Source: Kiloniellaceae bacterium
Lineage (GTDB): Bacteria; Pseudomonadota; Alphaproteobacteria; Kiloniellales; J153
Assembly (NCBI GenBank): GCA_021776135.1
Contig: JAJFGL010000031.1
Span: forward strand, 4,703-68,702
Direction: 5' to 3'
Length of the DNA: 64,000 nucleotides
How positions within the stretch are numbered: the stretch's first letter is position 1; each line of letters starts with the position of its first letter. Made by a program: the position numbers and the translations under genes. The notes beneath the pieces are model-generated. The model was given only the letters and a program-made list of their open reading frames with translations, did no database searches and was not told the DNA's origin. This document shows positions 1-12,455 of this stretch, one piece after another.

Positions 1-112
1 TAATCACTTTTCTGGACGGTGCGGCCATGATGGGTTCCTCTCCGGGTGCGGGTTCCAGGCAAGTGTGCCTTGCCGCCGCCGCCGCGTAAACAAACCCATG
101 AGAGAAAATGTT

Positions 113-1699
113 CTAAGACGCGATCGGCAGGCCCATGACGATGGCCAAGCCGCCGGCCGGGCGGTTTTCGGCCCAGACCCGGCCGCCTATGGACTGTAAA
201 TTCCGCCGTACGATCCACAGGCCGATACCGTAGTGGCGCGCGTTCGCCGTCTTGGGGCCGTCCTTTTGGCGGCCGCGCAGCGAAACATAGCGATCGAAGA
301 TCCGTTCCAGATTCTCCGGCGCGATACCGGGGCCCCGGTCGCGCACGATCAAAACGGCGCCGCCCTTGGCGCGCCGCAAATCTATCCTGATCTCGGACCC
401 GGGTGGAGAAATCCCAACCGCGTTATCGATGACGTTTTCGATCACGGTTTCCATCAGATCCTGTCCGGCGCGGACAAGGATCTCCGGCTGTATGGCCGTG
501 GACAGGGTCAATTCCCGGCTCGCCAAGCTATCCGCGTAGGCGCCGAGCATGCGTTCGACCAACTGCGAGACATCGATCTTTTCGCGTGTCGCATCCAGCA
601 ACTCCGCCGTCGCCTGGTCGAGCCGGCGGGCGCTGGCGACCAGGTAGTCCAGGCGGTCGACGGATTCCTCGATAACCTCCAACGCCCTTTTACCGCGCGG
701 GTTGTCGCCCGGAATAAACCGGTGCAAGGGCGCCAGGGACTGGCGCATGATGGCGATCGGGGTTTTGAAGGCGTGGGCGTTATCTTCCGCCGCGCGGCGC
801 AGGGAATCCGCCGAATCGTGCAGGGCGCCGGTCATGCGGTCGAATTCCTCCGCGACCTCGGATAATTCCGGCACTTCGTTCTGGGCGGCGAAGCCCTGGC
901 CGGGAACCCGGCCCTCGCCGATGCCGCGCGCCATGTCGCGAAACCGCATGATGCTGCGCCAGATCGAATAGAACAGGCCGAATGTGAAGATCGCCATGCC
1001 CAGATAAATGGCCGAGGCGACCCGCACCTCGATGGTCTTCCAGTAGGGCTGGTCGATGGCCGTGCCCAGCATTTCGGTCGAGCGGTGGGTCGTGATCACG
1101 GCCCAGCACCCGGCCTTGGTGGTGACCGGCGTGATCGAGGTCAAGAGCTCCCCGGTGCCGCTGTCTTGCAGGTGGCGCAGGGCGATAGGCACTTGGACCT
1201 GGCAGGATTCGGCTAGCTTATCCAGAACGCCGCGTTCGATCAGGCGGTCGCGCTCCGCCTTCAGGGTCGCGGCGGGAACCGGGGGTTCCGAGGCGACGAA
1301 GAAAAAGTCTTCCAGACCGTGGGCGCTGGCAGGGCGGAACAGAACCTTGATCCCGGCGAAGTTGGCCGCCAGGGGCTTGACCGCGTCGTTCAAGCCCGGC
1401 AGCGGCGAGGGCTCCACGCGCGATAGCAAGGGGCGCAAGCCCTCCGCCACCAAGAGTCCCTGGGCGCGGACGCTTTCCAGCAGCAGCCGCCGTTTTTCCG
1501 AATCGGCCTGGCGGAATTCCGAATACAGAATCACCGGCACGCTCATGAAGACGACGAGAAGCAGGACCAGCTTGCCGAGCAGGGACCGGGTCGCGCCGCC
1601 CAAGCGCCAAAGCTTTTTGCCGTGGACGCTTGGCTTTTTACCGCGGGCGGCTTGAATCTTGGCGCGCTTGGCCGTTGGCTCGGCCCGCGCCATGGTCAC
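113..1699 (-). CDS. Sensor histidine kinase (TM, HAMP-like, HisKA, HATPase_c)
   Basis: 528-aa ORF. H-box HAFKTPIAIMRQSL; ATP-lid motifs DRGPGI and GIGLWIV; N-terminal TM segment LLGKLVLLLVVFMSVPVILY. Start overlaps the stop of the upstream response regulator by 4 nt. Confidence 0.85.
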   Translation of the reverse strand: MTMARAEPTAKRAKIQAARGKKPSVHGKKLWRLGGATRSLLGKLVLLLVVFMSVPVILYSEFRQADSEKRRLLLESVRAQGLLVAEGLRPLLSRVEPSPLPGLNDAVKPLAANFAGIKVLFRPASAHGLEDFFFVASEPPVPAATLKAERDRLIERGVLDKLAESCQVQVPIALRHLQDSGTGELLTSITPVTTKAGCWAVITTHRSTEMLGTAIDQPYWKTIEVRVASAIYLGMAIFTFGLFYSIWRSIMRFRDMARGIGEGRVPGQGFAAQNEVPELSEVAEEFDRMTGALHDSADSLRRAAEDNAHAFKTPIAIMRQSLAPLHRFIPGDNPRGKRALEVIEESVDRLDYLVASARRLDQATAELLDATREKIDVSQLVERMLGAYADSLASRELTLSTAIQPEILVRAGQDLMETVIENVIDNAVGISPPGSEIRIDLRRAKGGAVLIVRDRGPGIAPENLERIFDRYVSLRGRQKDGPKTANARHYGIGLWIVRRNLQSIGGRVWAENRPAGGLAIVMGLPIAS

Positions 1700-2550
1700 T
1701 CAGCCTCGTTTCCTGCTCCCGCTTGCCCGGCCGGCGCGCCCGCTGCGCTCTTGGCTTCGGCGCCAAGCTCACCCGCTTCGTCCCGCCAGCGATAGCCGAA
1801 TCCGGGGTAATTCTCGATCCGGTCGAAATCCTCATCGGTATCGCGGAACTTCTTTCGAATCCGCTTGATGAAGGAGCGCACATTGGCCCGGTAGCCATCT
1901 TCGCCGAACCCGGCCACGAAATCCTTGCCGCGGACAATGTCGTATATCTGCCGGTAGGTGACGTCACGGCCCGCTTGGGTGATCATGAAGCGGATGATGG
2001 CGAACTCGCTGAGGGTGAGGTCGACCTGCGCCTCCCGCCATAAGGCCCGGTGAATACCTAGCTTGAGCTCAAGCGGCCCACGGCGCACCTTGCCCGTGGC
2101 ATCGGCTGCGATCTCTCCCTCGCTCAGAGAGCCGGCGCCGGCCAGGGCCTTGGCGCCGTCGGTAATCAGCTTGAGCCGGCCTAAAATGATCTGCAACCGG
2201 CGCGATTTGTCGATAAAATCGACCGCGCCCCATTTCAACGCCGCCTCTTCGTAAATTTCGTCGCTGAGCATGGTCAGGAAGATCACCGGGGTTTCGACCC
2301 GCGTCTCACGCAGACGGCGCAGCACGCCAAGCCCGTCCAAGCCGGGCATGCGCCAATCCAAGAGCACGGCATCGGCCGGATTGCCCTCGTGGAAGAAGGT
2401 CAGAACGCTTTCGCCGTCCGGGAAGTCGACGACATCGTATCCTTCCTCGGCGAGATTTAGGCCTAAGGATTCGCGGAACAGATCGTCATCGTCGACGATG
2501 ACCACGCGCGCCGCTTGCGGTTCTTGAACTCTGGCGGCCAAGGACATCAT
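1696..2550 (-). CDS. OmpR/PhoB-type response regulator (receiver plus winged-helix DNA-binding domain, long linker)
   Basis: Receiver motifs VVIVDDDD, LLDWRMPGLDG, IFLT; C-terminal wHTH-like LTLSEFAIIRFM...GYRW. Translationally coupled to the kinase. Confidence 0.85.
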   Translation of the reverse strand: MMSLAARVQEPQAARVVIVDDDDLFRESLGLNLAEEGYDVVDFPDGESVLTFFHEGNPADAVLLDWRMPGLDGLGVLRRLRETRVETPVIFLTMLSDEIYEEAALKWGAVDFIDKSRRLQIILGRLKLITDGAKALAGAGSLSEGEIAADATGKVRRGPLELKLGIHRALWREAQVDLTLSEFAIIRFMITQAGRDVTYRQIYDIVRGKDFVAGFGEDGYRANVRSFIKRIRKKFRDTDEDFDRIENYPGFGYRWRDEAGELGAEAKSAAGAPAGQAGAGNEAE

Positions 2551-2553
2551 CGA

Positions 2554-3135
2554 TCACCCCGCATCTTCCATATCCCTTACTTGCAGCAAATGGGCGAAAC
2601 AGCGGCGCAGGATCGGGCTTGCCGGATCGCTGATTTTCTCCGCGCCGGTATCGCTGGATTTGCTGGCTGTCTGCAACTGTAATTCCGGCGCATTGCCGGT
2701 CATTTCGTATGTCAGTACCCGGAACACACTGTCATCCATGCTCGGATAGAAAAACACGCTGAACATGCACGCCCCGCCATTATAGGCCCAAACCTTGGCC
2801 GGCGGCTGCTCCATTTTTAAGACCGGATCGCCAAGCAGCGCCTTGGTGGCCTCGAAATCCAAACCGACCAGCAAATCCGGGTCGGGTTCGGCCAGGGCCG
2901 CCGTTTCGCTTCGATCCGGCTTTCGCCGCGGCTTGGGCGGGCGCTCTTGGGCGGCTAGGGATTTCGCCGTTTCACCGTCGATCAGCCCCCAGTTTATCTC
3001 ATCGCTGGCGGGAAACATCTCGACCGAAACCGCCGCGCCCGCATCGGCGGGCGCGCCGGGGCGCTGGGGCGCCAGCTCGGCGCAAGCGCTCAATCCAAGC
3101 ACCAGTAGCGCCGTTGTCCAAAGGCGGCATATCAT
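2554..3135 (-). CDS. Hypothetical lipoprotein
   Basis: Start moved to the internal ATG at 3135 (MICRLWTTALLVLGLSAC...), which gives a signal peptide with a lipobox (LSAC). The track ORF's upstream extension is Arg-rich and atypical. No recognisable family. Confidence 0.5.
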   Translation of the reverse strand: MICRLWTTALLVLGLSACAELAPQRPGAPADAGAAVSVEMFPASDEINWGLIDGETAKSLAAQERPPKPRRKPDRSETAALAEPDPDLLVGLDFEATKALLGDPVLKMEQPPAKVWAYNGGACMFSVFFYPSMDDSVFRVLTYEMTGNAPELQLQTASKSSDTGAEKISDPASPILRRCFAHLLQVRDMEDAG

Positions 3136-3473
3136 CGCACGTATCCCGGTAATCGCACTTTCCGGCCTCTTCCGGGCCCTGGCGCCAATTCTGCGCGCAG
3201 ACGGTTTAGACAATGTTAACAAATTCCCGCGCGAGCGACTAGACGGATTCACCCGGACCCGCCTTCCCAGCCTGAGACCTGCGGCCAAAAGGCTAATTTA
3301 TCAAGTCATTTCACCGTCTCGACGGCCATATACCGGGACTGAGGCATTTTTATGTTCTGGCGGCATGGGGGCCGGGGCGGCTCAACCAAGCGTTAACCGC
3401 CGCTTAGACCGGCAGTCGTATTATGCCGTAACTCCTTGTCCTTCTTGTCCTCCGGCGGGTTTTACGAGACGTA

Positions 3474-5474
<2,001 letters not shown>

Positions 5475-5648
5475 GCCATTCCCCACCTAGTGGGCACCAT
5501 CTGTTAGATTCTATCCACTAGGGCCGGAACGCGGTTCATTGTTTCTCATATTAGCCTATTCGGCTACAATCGGGGCCGAATTAGGGAATCGTCCGGCGTA
5601 TGCCGGCTGAAAAGACACGAAAAAAACCGAACTGAAGGGAGCAATCGC

Positions 5649-6737
5649 ATGAAAAAGTTACTATCGATGACCGCGCTTTTGGCGCTCGCGATATCGCCGG
5701 TCCTGGCGGCGGAGAAAGTTCTGCACGTCTATAACTGGTCGGACTATATCGCCGAAGATACCATCGAAAAGTTCACCGCCGAAACCGGTATCGAGGTGAC
5801 CTACGACGTTTACGATTCCAACGAAGTCCTTGAAGCCAAGATGCTGGCCGGCTCTTCGGGTTACGATGTCGTGACCCCCAGCGCCGACTTCATGAATCGC
5901 CAGATCGCGGCCGGGGTTTATGTCAAGCTCGATAAATCCAAACTGCCGAACCTGAAGAACATGGACGCCGGTCTTATGAAGCAGGCCGCCGTCTTCGATC
6001 CGGACAACGCTCATGCGGTGGTCTATATGTGGGGTACCACCGGCATAGGCTATAACACTAAGGCCATCGCGGAACGTCTGGGCGATTCCGCGCCCACGGA
6101 TTCTTGGGATCTAGTTTTCGATCCCGCCATCGCGGCGAAGCTGGCGGATTGCGGCATCTCTTTTCTCGACGCCCCGACGGAGTTGCTGGCGGCGGCCATG
6201 AATTATGTGGGCCTCGACCCGCGCTCAACCAAGAAGGCAGACCTGGAAAAAGGCGCCGAACTGTTGACCGCCGTCCGGCCGCATATCCGCTATTTCCATT
6301 CGTCCCAATACATCTCCGATCTGGCCAATGGCGATATCTGCGTGTCGGTCGGCTGGTCCGGCGATATATTCCAGGCCCGGGACCGGGCCGGCGAAGCCGA
6401 TAAAGGGGTCGAGGTTTCCTATGTCATCCCCAAGGAAGGCGCCACCCAATGGTTCGATATGTTGGCCATCCCCGTGGATTCGAAAAACAAGGACGCCGCC
6501 CATGCCTACATCAACTTCATGATGGACGCGCAGATCACGGCCAATAATACCAATTACGTCTGGTATGCGAACGCCAACCGGGCCTCCATGCCCATGGTCG
6601 AAGAGGAAATCAAGGAAGATCCCGGCATTTTCCCACCCCTAGACGTGCAGGCGAAGTTGTGGTCCGCCCAGGTCTATAACAAGCGCACGGACCGGGTCAT
6701 GACCCGGCTATGGACAAAAATACAAACCGGGAAGTAA
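5649..6737 (+). CDS. potF: Putrescine ABC transporter periplasmic binding protein
   Basis: Signal peptide, then KVLHVYNWSDYIAEDTIEKFTAETGIEVTYDVYDSNEVLEAK, closely matching my recollection of E. coli PotF. Heads a potFGHI-ordered operon. Confidence 0.85.
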   Translation: MKKLLSMTALLALAISPVLAAEKVLHVYNWSDYIAEDTIEKFTAETGIEVTYDVYDSNEVLEAKMLAGSSGYDVVTPSADFMNRQIAAGVYVKLDKSKLPNLKNMDAGLMKQAAVFDPDNAHAVVYMWGTTGIGYNTKAIAERLGDSAPTDSWDLVFDPAIAAKLADCGISFLDAPTELLAAAMNYVGLDPRSTKKADLEKGAELLTAVRPHIRYFHSSQYISDLANGDICVSVGWSGDIFQARDRAGEADKGVEVSYVIPKEGATQWFDMLAIPVDSKNKDAAHAYINFMMDAQITANNTNYVWYANANRASMPMVEEEIKEDPGIFPPLDVQAKLWSAQVYNKRTDRVMTRLWTKIQTGK

Positions 6738-6790
6738 CCGGCGGCAAGGCCCGTCATGCCATTTGAACGGCATGACGGGCTTGGCCTTTC

Positions 6791-7951
6791 ATGGGGGTGG
6801 ATAGAATAGAAACCAAGCAAACCATAGCCACCGGCGCCAAACCCTGGGTCGATCAGGCCGAGGCGCCCTTCATCCGTATCTCCAACTTGACGAAGAACTT
6901 CGGCGACTTTATCGCGGTGGACAACGTGTCGCTCGATATTTACCGCCAGGAGCTGTTCTGCCTGCTCGGTGGGTCCGGGTGCGGGAAGTCGACCTTGCTG
7001 CGTATGTTGGCGGGATTCGAGACGCCCAGCAGCGGGCGCATCGAGATCGACGGGCAGGACATGGCCAGCATCCCTGCTTATGAGCGCCCGACGAACATGA
7101 TGTTTCAGTCTTACGCGCTGTTCCCGCACATGAGCGTCGAGAAAAACGTGGCCTACGGCTTGGTGCGGGACGGGGTGGCGAAGGCCGAGATCGCCGAGCG
7201 CGTCGCCGAGATGCTCACGCTGGTGCAACTGGACGGTTTCGCGAAGCGTAAGCCGGGCCAATTATCGGGCGGCCAGAGGCAGCGCGTGGCCCTCGCCCGC
7301 TCGCTCATCAAGCGCCCGAAGTTGTTGTTGCTGGACGAGCCCCTTGGCGCGCTCGATAAAAAGTTGCGCGAGGAAACCCAATTCGAGCTGGTGAATATTC
7401 AGGAAAGCCTGGGCGTCACCTTCATCGTGGTCACCCACGATCAGGAAGAAGCCATGACCCTGTCTTCGCGCATCGGCGTGATGGACCGGGGCGAGATCGT
7501 TCAGGTGGGCGAACCGCACGCTATTTACGAATACCCACAGTCGCGTTTCGTCGCCGACTTTATCGGCTCGGTCAATATTTTCGAGGGCCGGGTAACCGAG
7601 GACGCGGAAAATTTCGTCCGCCTGCATTCCCAGGAGGGAGGCTGCGACATCCACGTCGCCCATGGCGTAAGCTGTACGGAAAACCAAAAAATGTGGCTGG
7701 CGGTGCGGCCCGAAAAATTTTCCCTCTCCAAGGAACAGCCGGCCGGCAAGTACAATTTTGTCACGGGCACGGTGGATGAAATCGCCTATCTGGGGAATCT
7801 CTCGGTCTATCGCATTTTACTGGCCAGCGGTAAGAACGTGCGGGCGACGAGGTCGAACCGGGACAGACATGATGCCGAGGCCGCGCCGGGCTGGGGGGAC
7901 ACTGTCTATCTCGCCTGGGACGATACAGCCGGCGTGGTGCTGACCCAATGA
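6791..7951 (+). CDS. potG: Polyamine ABC transporter ATP-binding protein
   Basis: Walker A GGSGCGKST, ABC signature LSGGQRQR, Walker B LLLDEP, C-terminal TOBE-like region. Stop overlaps the potH start. Confidence 0.85.
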   Translation: MGVDRIETKQTIATGAKPWVDQAEAPFIRISNLTKNFGDFIAVDNVSLDIYRQELFCLLGGSGCGKSTLLRMLAGFETPSSGRIEIDGQDMASIPAYERPTNMMFQSYALFPHMSVEKNVAYGLVRDGVAKAEIAERVAEMLTLVQLDGFAKRKPGQLSGGQRQRVALARSLIKRPKLLLLDEPLGALDKKLREETQFELVNIQESLGVTFIVVTHDQEEAMTLSSRIGVMDRGEIVQVGEPHAIYEYPQSRFVADFIGSVNIFEGRVTEDAENFVRLHSQEGGCDIHVAHGVSCTENQKMWLAVRPEKFSLSKEQPAGKYNFVTGTVDEIAYLGNLSVYRILLASGKNVRATRSNRDRHDAEAAPGWGDTVYLAWDDTAGVVLTQ

Positions 7952-8883
7952 CCGGCGCTCAGGCGGCCCCGCCCCTGACGAAGACCCTAAAGTTCATCGG
8001 CGCCCACGGCCGCGCTTTGGTCATTGGCGTGCCCATGTGGTGGCTCATCGTCTTCTTTCTGATCCCCTTCGCCGTGGTGGCGAAGATTTCCTTTTCCGAA
8101 GCGGTCATCGCCAGGCCCCCCTACACATCCTTGATCGAGTGGACCGGCGAAGGGGCCATGCTGCTCAAACTGAATTTTTCCAATTATGCGTATTTGATCG
8201 AAGACAGCCTTTATATCCTGGCCTACTGGTCGTCGATCAAGGTGGCGTTCTTCTCCACCGTCGCGACGCTGATCGTGGCCTATCCCATGGCCTATTATAT
8301 TGCCCGGGCGCCGGAGCGGCGGCGCAACGTGTTACTGATGTTGATCATCCTGCCGTTCTGGACCTCGTTCCTGTTGCGGGTTTACGCCTGGATCGGAATC
8401 CTGAAAGGCAATGGCATCGTCAACAATATCCTGCTGTCCCTGGGGATCACCTCCGAACCGATCGTGATGTTGCAGACGAACTTCGCCGTCTATGTGGGCA
8501 TTGTCTACACCTACCTGCCGTTCATGATCTTGCCGCTGTTCACAAATCTGGTGAAGCTCGACAACGATTTGCTCGAAGCCTCGTCCGACCTCGGCGCCAG
8601 GCCCATGGCGACGTTTTTCAAGATCACCCTGCCGCTGTCGATTCCCGGCATGATCGCCGGGTCCATGCTGGTATTCATTCCTGTTATCGGCGAGTTCGTT
8701 ATCCCGGCCCTGTTGGGCGGGCCGGACACGCTGATGATCGGTAAGGTTTTGTGGAGCGAATTTTTCTCGAACCGCGATTGGCCGGTGGCTTCGGCCGTGG
8801 CGATTGTCATGCTGGTCCTGCTGGTCATTCCCATCATGCTGCTGCGCAATGCCCAGGCCGCGAGCGCGGAAGGCTCGTCATGA
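7948..8883 (+). CDS. potH: Polyamine ABC transporter permease
   Basis: Multi-TM protein with an EAA-type loop (LEASSDLGARPMATFFKITLP). Operon position after potG. Confidence 0.8.
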   Translation: MTGAQAAPPLTKTLKFIGAHGRALVIGVPMWWLIVFFLIPFAVVAKISFSEAVIARPPYTSLIEWTGEGAMLLKLNFSNYAYLIEDSLYILAYWSSIKVAFFSTVATLIVAYPMAYYIARAPERRRNVLLMLIILPFWTSFLLRVYAWIGILKGNGIVNNILLSLGITSEPIVMLQTNFAVYVGIVYTYLPFMILPLFTNLVKLDNDLLEASSDLGARPMATFFKITLPLSIPGMIAGSMLVFIPVIGEFVIPALLGGPDTLMIGKVLWSEFFSNRDWPVASAVAIVMLVLLVIPIMLLRNAQAASAEGSS

Positions 8884-9680
8884 AGAAAAAACCCTGGTTC
8901 CTGTCCATTGCCGCCGTCCTGGGCTTTACCTTTCTTTACGCCCCGATCGTGTCGCTGATCGTTTTCAGTTTCAACGAGTCCAAACTGGTGACCGTATGGT
9001 CCGGTTTTTCCACCAAGTGGTACGGCAAGCTTCTGGAAGATCCGCAGATCCTCGGCGCCGCCTGGATCAGCTTGAAAATAGCCTTCGTCAGCGCGTCCCT
9101 GGCGCTGGTTTTCGGAACCTTGGCAGCCTTGGTGCTGACCCGCTTCGGGCGTTTTTTCGGCAAGAACCTGCTCGGCGGCATGGTGACGGCCCCCCTGGTC
9201 ATGCCGGAGGTGATTACCGGCTTGTCGCTGTTGTTGTTGTTCGTCGCCATGGAATCCGCCTTCGGTTGGCCCGCCGGGCGCGGCCTGCTGACGATCATTA
9301 TCGCCCACACGACTTTTTGCATGGCCTATGTGGCGATTGTCGTTCAATCCCGGCTGGTCGATATGGACGAGAGCCTCGAGGAGGCCGCCCTAGATCTCGG
9401 CGCCAAGCCGGCGCGGGTCTTTTTCGATGTCACCTTGCCGGTGATCGCGCCGGCGCTGATCTCGGGCTGGTTGCTGTCTTTCACCTTGTCCCTGGACGAT
9501 CTGGTCATCGCCAGCTTCGTATCGGGGCCGGGGGCCTCGACCCTGCCCATGGTCATCTTTTCCAAGGTCCGCCTTGGGGTCAGCCCGGACATCAATGCCC
9601 TGGCGACCATCATAATCGTTATTGTCGCCCTGGGTGTCGCCATCGCTTCCACCCAGATGAAGCCGGCACGGGATTCCTGA
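8880..9680 (+). CDS. potI: Polyamine ABC transporter permease
   Basis: Start set at ATG 8880 (MKKKPWFLSIAAV...), an ATGA overlap with the potH stop. EAA loop LEEAALDLGAKPARVFFDVTLP. Confidence 0.8.
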   Translation: MKKKPWFLSIAAVLGFTFLYAPIVSLIVFSFNESKLVTVWSGFSTKWYGKLLEDPQILGAAWISLKIAFVSASLALVFGTLAALVLTRFGRFFGKNLLGGMVTAPLVMPEVITGLSLLLLFVAMESAFGWPAGRGLLTIIIAHTTFCMAYVAIVVQSRLVDMDESLEEAALDLGAKPARVFFDVTLPVIAPALISGWLLSFTLSLDDLVIASFVSGPGASTLPMVIFSKVRLGVSPDINALATIIIVIVALGVAIASTQMKPARDS

Positions 9681-9825
9681 ACCCGCGGGACGCCAAGAGG
9701 CCTTGAGCTTTATCCCCGGCTCCAGGCCTTAAATTTCATGGCATTAAGCCGCCTGAGTTGTTATCCATCGCGGGATCGGCGGCCCTAGGGATTGTTTTGG
9801 ACCCGGCGCCGGGTGTGAGGGGCGA

Positions 9826-11094
9826 ATGACCAGCGATGCCGGCACCCAGGCGGGAAGCGCCGACCCGGATCTGGAGTTTTCCGGGGCTCCAGTGGCCGCC
9901 ACGGATAGGTGCTGGGGCCTTATTTTCCGCGCTTTTTTCTTCCTAGCCCCGGTCTTCGGCGTCCTGGCGCCGCCAGGCATCGTGCCGCTGCTTCTGGCCG
10001 CGGCGGCGCTCTTGGCGGCCGCGGTCTGGCGCGCCAGGGGGAAAACCTCCTGGCCGCTACCGGACCGGCGCCTGAGCGCCACCCTGGGCGGCTTGACTGT
10101 ATATTGCGCCCTGGCCTCTATTTGGGGCTTCGACCCGCCGGGCGCGTTCCTGCTGGCCGGGCGTATCGCGGTCCTCTTCGCCGCCGGCCTGTTCCTGCAC
10201 GCGGCCCTCCGCCGCCTGGACCAGAGGGCGAGAACCCAGGCCGGTAACTGGTTTTTGGCCGGTCTAGGCTTGGCCCTGGCCCTGCTTTACCTGGAACCAG
10301 CCCTCGGCTTCCCGGTCCTGGGTTTGCTGCGCGCGCCGGAGACCCTGGACAGATACGGGCTGAACCTCTTGAGCCGGGGCGCCGTCATGGCCGCCATATT
10401 GTGCTGGCCGGCCTGTGCCTTGCTGTGGCGCCGCACCGGCGCCCTGACCGCCCTTTGCCTGCCGGCCGCGGTCCTCGCGGCGCTGGCGTTTCTGAGCAGT
10501 CAGTCGGCGGGTTTCGGTCTGCTGGCCGGCGCCGCGACGCTGGCGCTTGCCGCCTCTCACCGCCGGGCCGGCCGGATCGTTTTGATCGCCGCGACCCTGG
10601 GCGCCATGCTCATTAGTCCGCTCGCCGGGCACAAGTTTTACGAGGCCCAGCTTCAGGACGCCGGCTGGCTTCCCTTGTCGGCCAAGCACCGGATTGAGAT
10701 ATGGCACTTCACGGTCCAGCGCATCGCCGAAAAGCCGGTCCTGGGCTGGGGCTTCGACGCGGCGCGCCACATGAATGAGCTGGCCGCCAAGGAGGAGGCG
10801 AGTGGGCGGAATCCGATCGCCCTGCATCCCCATAACGCGCCCCTGCAAATCCTGATGGAGCTTGGTATTATGGGGGCGATCCTGGCCCTGGCCCTGGCCT
10901 GGCTCCTGATTCAACGCCTGGAAACTCTGCCCAGGCGGGACCGGCTCTTGGGCCAAGCCACCTATATGGCCGGCTTGGCGATCTCCACCACGGCCTTCGG
11001 GTTCTGGCAGAATCAGTGGCTGGCGCTCTTGATGACGGCGGCCTTGGCGGTTGCCCTGACCGCCTCGGCGCGCGCGCGGCCTGGCAGCAATTGA
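9826..11094 (+). CDS. O-antigen ligase / Wzy_C family polytopic membrane protein
   Basis: About 10 TM segments. Periplasmic loop with HPHNAPLQILMELGIMG, typical of the WaaL/O-antigen-polymerase family. Start codon uncertain. Confidence 0.6.
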   Translation: MTSDAGTQAGSADPDLEFSGAPVAATDRCWGLIFRAFFFLAPVFGVLAPPGIVPLLLAAAALLAAAVWRARGKTSWPLPDRRLSATLGGLTVYCALASIWGFDPPGAFLLAGRIAVLFAAGLFLHAALRRLDQRARTQAGNWFLAGLGLALALLYLEPALGFPVLGLLRAPETLDRYGLNLLSRGAVMAAILCWPACALLWRRTGALTALCLPAAVLAALAFLSSQSAGFGLLAGAATLALAASHRRAGRIVLIAATLGAMLISPLAGHKFYEAQLQDAGWLPLSAKHRIEIWHFTVQRIAEKPVLGWGFDAARHMNELAAKEEASGRNPIALHPHNAPLQILMELGIMGAILALALAWLLIQRLETLPRRDRLLGQATYMAGLAISTTAFGFWQNQWLALLMTAALAVALTASARARPGSN

Positions 11095-11149
11095 CAAAAA
11101 CACCGGGCTGGCGGACCTTGCGCGGCACGTTTCAATATTTGGTAGTTTC

Positions 11150-12436
11150 ATGAAAACCAACCCCAAAATCGCGGTCATCGGGCTCGGCTATGTCGGCCTG
11201 CCTCTCGCGGTCGCCCTGTCGCGCCGCTATGGGGTTACGGGGTTCGACATCGATCCCCGGCGTATCGAGGAAATCGGAGCCGGCCACGACCGTACCGGGG
11301 AGGTCGAGGACGGGATTCTGCGTTCGGTCACGGCCTCCTTTACCACCAAGCCCAAGGATCTCGCCGGCGCCGATATCTACATGGTCACGGTTCCGACGCC
11401 GGTCACCGCGGATAATCTTCCCGATTTAAGCCCGGTCCGGGCCGCCTGCCGGACTGTCGGGGAAGTCATGGCCAAGGGCGCGGTCGTCGTCTTCGAAAGC
11501 ACGGTCTATCCCGGCGTGACCGAGGATATCTGCGGCCCGCTATTGGCCGAAGCCTCGGGCCTGGTCTGCGGCCGGGATTTCTTCTTGGGTTATTCGCCAG
11601 AACGCATCAATCCGGGCGACCGGGAACACACCGTCGAGCGCATTACCAAGGTGGTCGCCGGGCAAACGCCGGAGGTCGCCAAGATGCTGGCCGGAGTCTA
11701 TGGCAGCATAACAACCGGCGGCGCCTTTATCGCCCGCGATATCAAGACCGCCGAGGCCTCGAAGGTGATCGAGAACGCCCAGCGCGACATCAACATCGCC
11801 TTCATCAACGAGATCGCGACGATATTTTCCGGGCTCGGCCTCTCGGTCCACGACGTGCTCGAAGCTTCGGCAACCAAGTGGAACTTTCTGAACTTCAAGC
11901 CCGGCCTGGTCGGCGGCCACTGTATCGGCGTCGATCCCTTCTACCTGGCCCACTGCGCGAAGCAACTGGGCTTGAACCCCAAGGTTATCCTGGCCGGGCG
12001 CGAGATCAACGATCTCATGGCCGGTTTCGTGGCCGAGGAAATCCTGCGCCAGCTTGGCAAGGGCGATGCCCCCCGATCCGATCTTCGCTTCCTAATTCTG
12101 GGCCTGACCTTCAAGGAGGACGTTCCGGACCTGCGTAACACCAAGGTTGTCGATCTGGCCGCGCGTTTGCGCCAGGATGGCCATGAGGTCGATATTCACG
12201 ATCCCATGGCCGATCCGCTAGAAGCGCGCGCCTTATACGGCCTCGACCTTCTGACGAGCTTGTCGGATCGCGGCGGTTACGACTGCGTCATCGGCGCGGT
12301 TCCCCATTCGGCTTACGCCAGCTTGACCGGCGATGCCTTGACGCACCTACTCAAACCGAACGGGCTCCTGGCCGACATAAAGGGCTTGTGGCGGGGCCGG
12401 GAGCGCCCGGCGCACCTGCGTTACTGGCAGCTTTAA
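11150..12436 (+). CDS. Nucleotide-sugar 6-dehydrogenase (TviB/WbpO/CapL-type UDP-N-acetylhexosamine dehydrogenase)
   Basis: N-terminal Rossmann IAVIGLGYVGLPLA; catalytic region GLVGGHCIGVDPFYL; family-typical FESTVYPG and KVIENAQRDINIAFINE. Confidence 0.8.
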   Translation: MKTNPKIAVIGLGYVGLPLAVALSRRYGVTGFDIDPRRIEEIGAGHDRTGEVEDGILRSVTASFTTKPKDLAGADIYMVTVPTPVTADNLPDLSPVRAACRTVGEVMAKGAVVVFESTVYPGVTEDICGPLLAEASGLVCGRDFFLGYSPERINPGDREHTVERITKVVAGQTPEVAKMLAGVYGSITTGGAFIARDIKTAEASKVIENAQRDINIAFINEIATIFSGLGLSVHDVLEASATKWNFLNFKPGLVGGHCIGVDPFYLAHCAKQLGLNPKVILAGREINDLMAGFVAEEILRQLGKGDAPRSDLRFLILGLTFKEDVPDLRNTKVVDLAARLRQDGHEVDIHDPMADPLEARALYGLDLLTSLSDRGGYDCVIGAVPHSAYASLTGDALTHLLKPNGLLADIKGLWRGRERPAHLRYWQL

Positions 12437-12455
12437 GAATCTTTGGAATCGCGCC

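Noticed and set aside
5486-5522. 8-bp inverted repeat (cctagtgg ... ccactagg) after the sensor kinase stop, considered as a terminator
   Set aside because: The stem is short, the loop is 21 nt and there is no T-tract. The evidence is insufficient.
8037-9706. Alternative-frame ORFs (235 aa, 300 aa, and 278 aa on the minus strand) overlapping potH/potI
   Set aside because: They overlap well-supported ABC permease genes. The translations are Arg/Pro/His-rich without TM structure or motifs.
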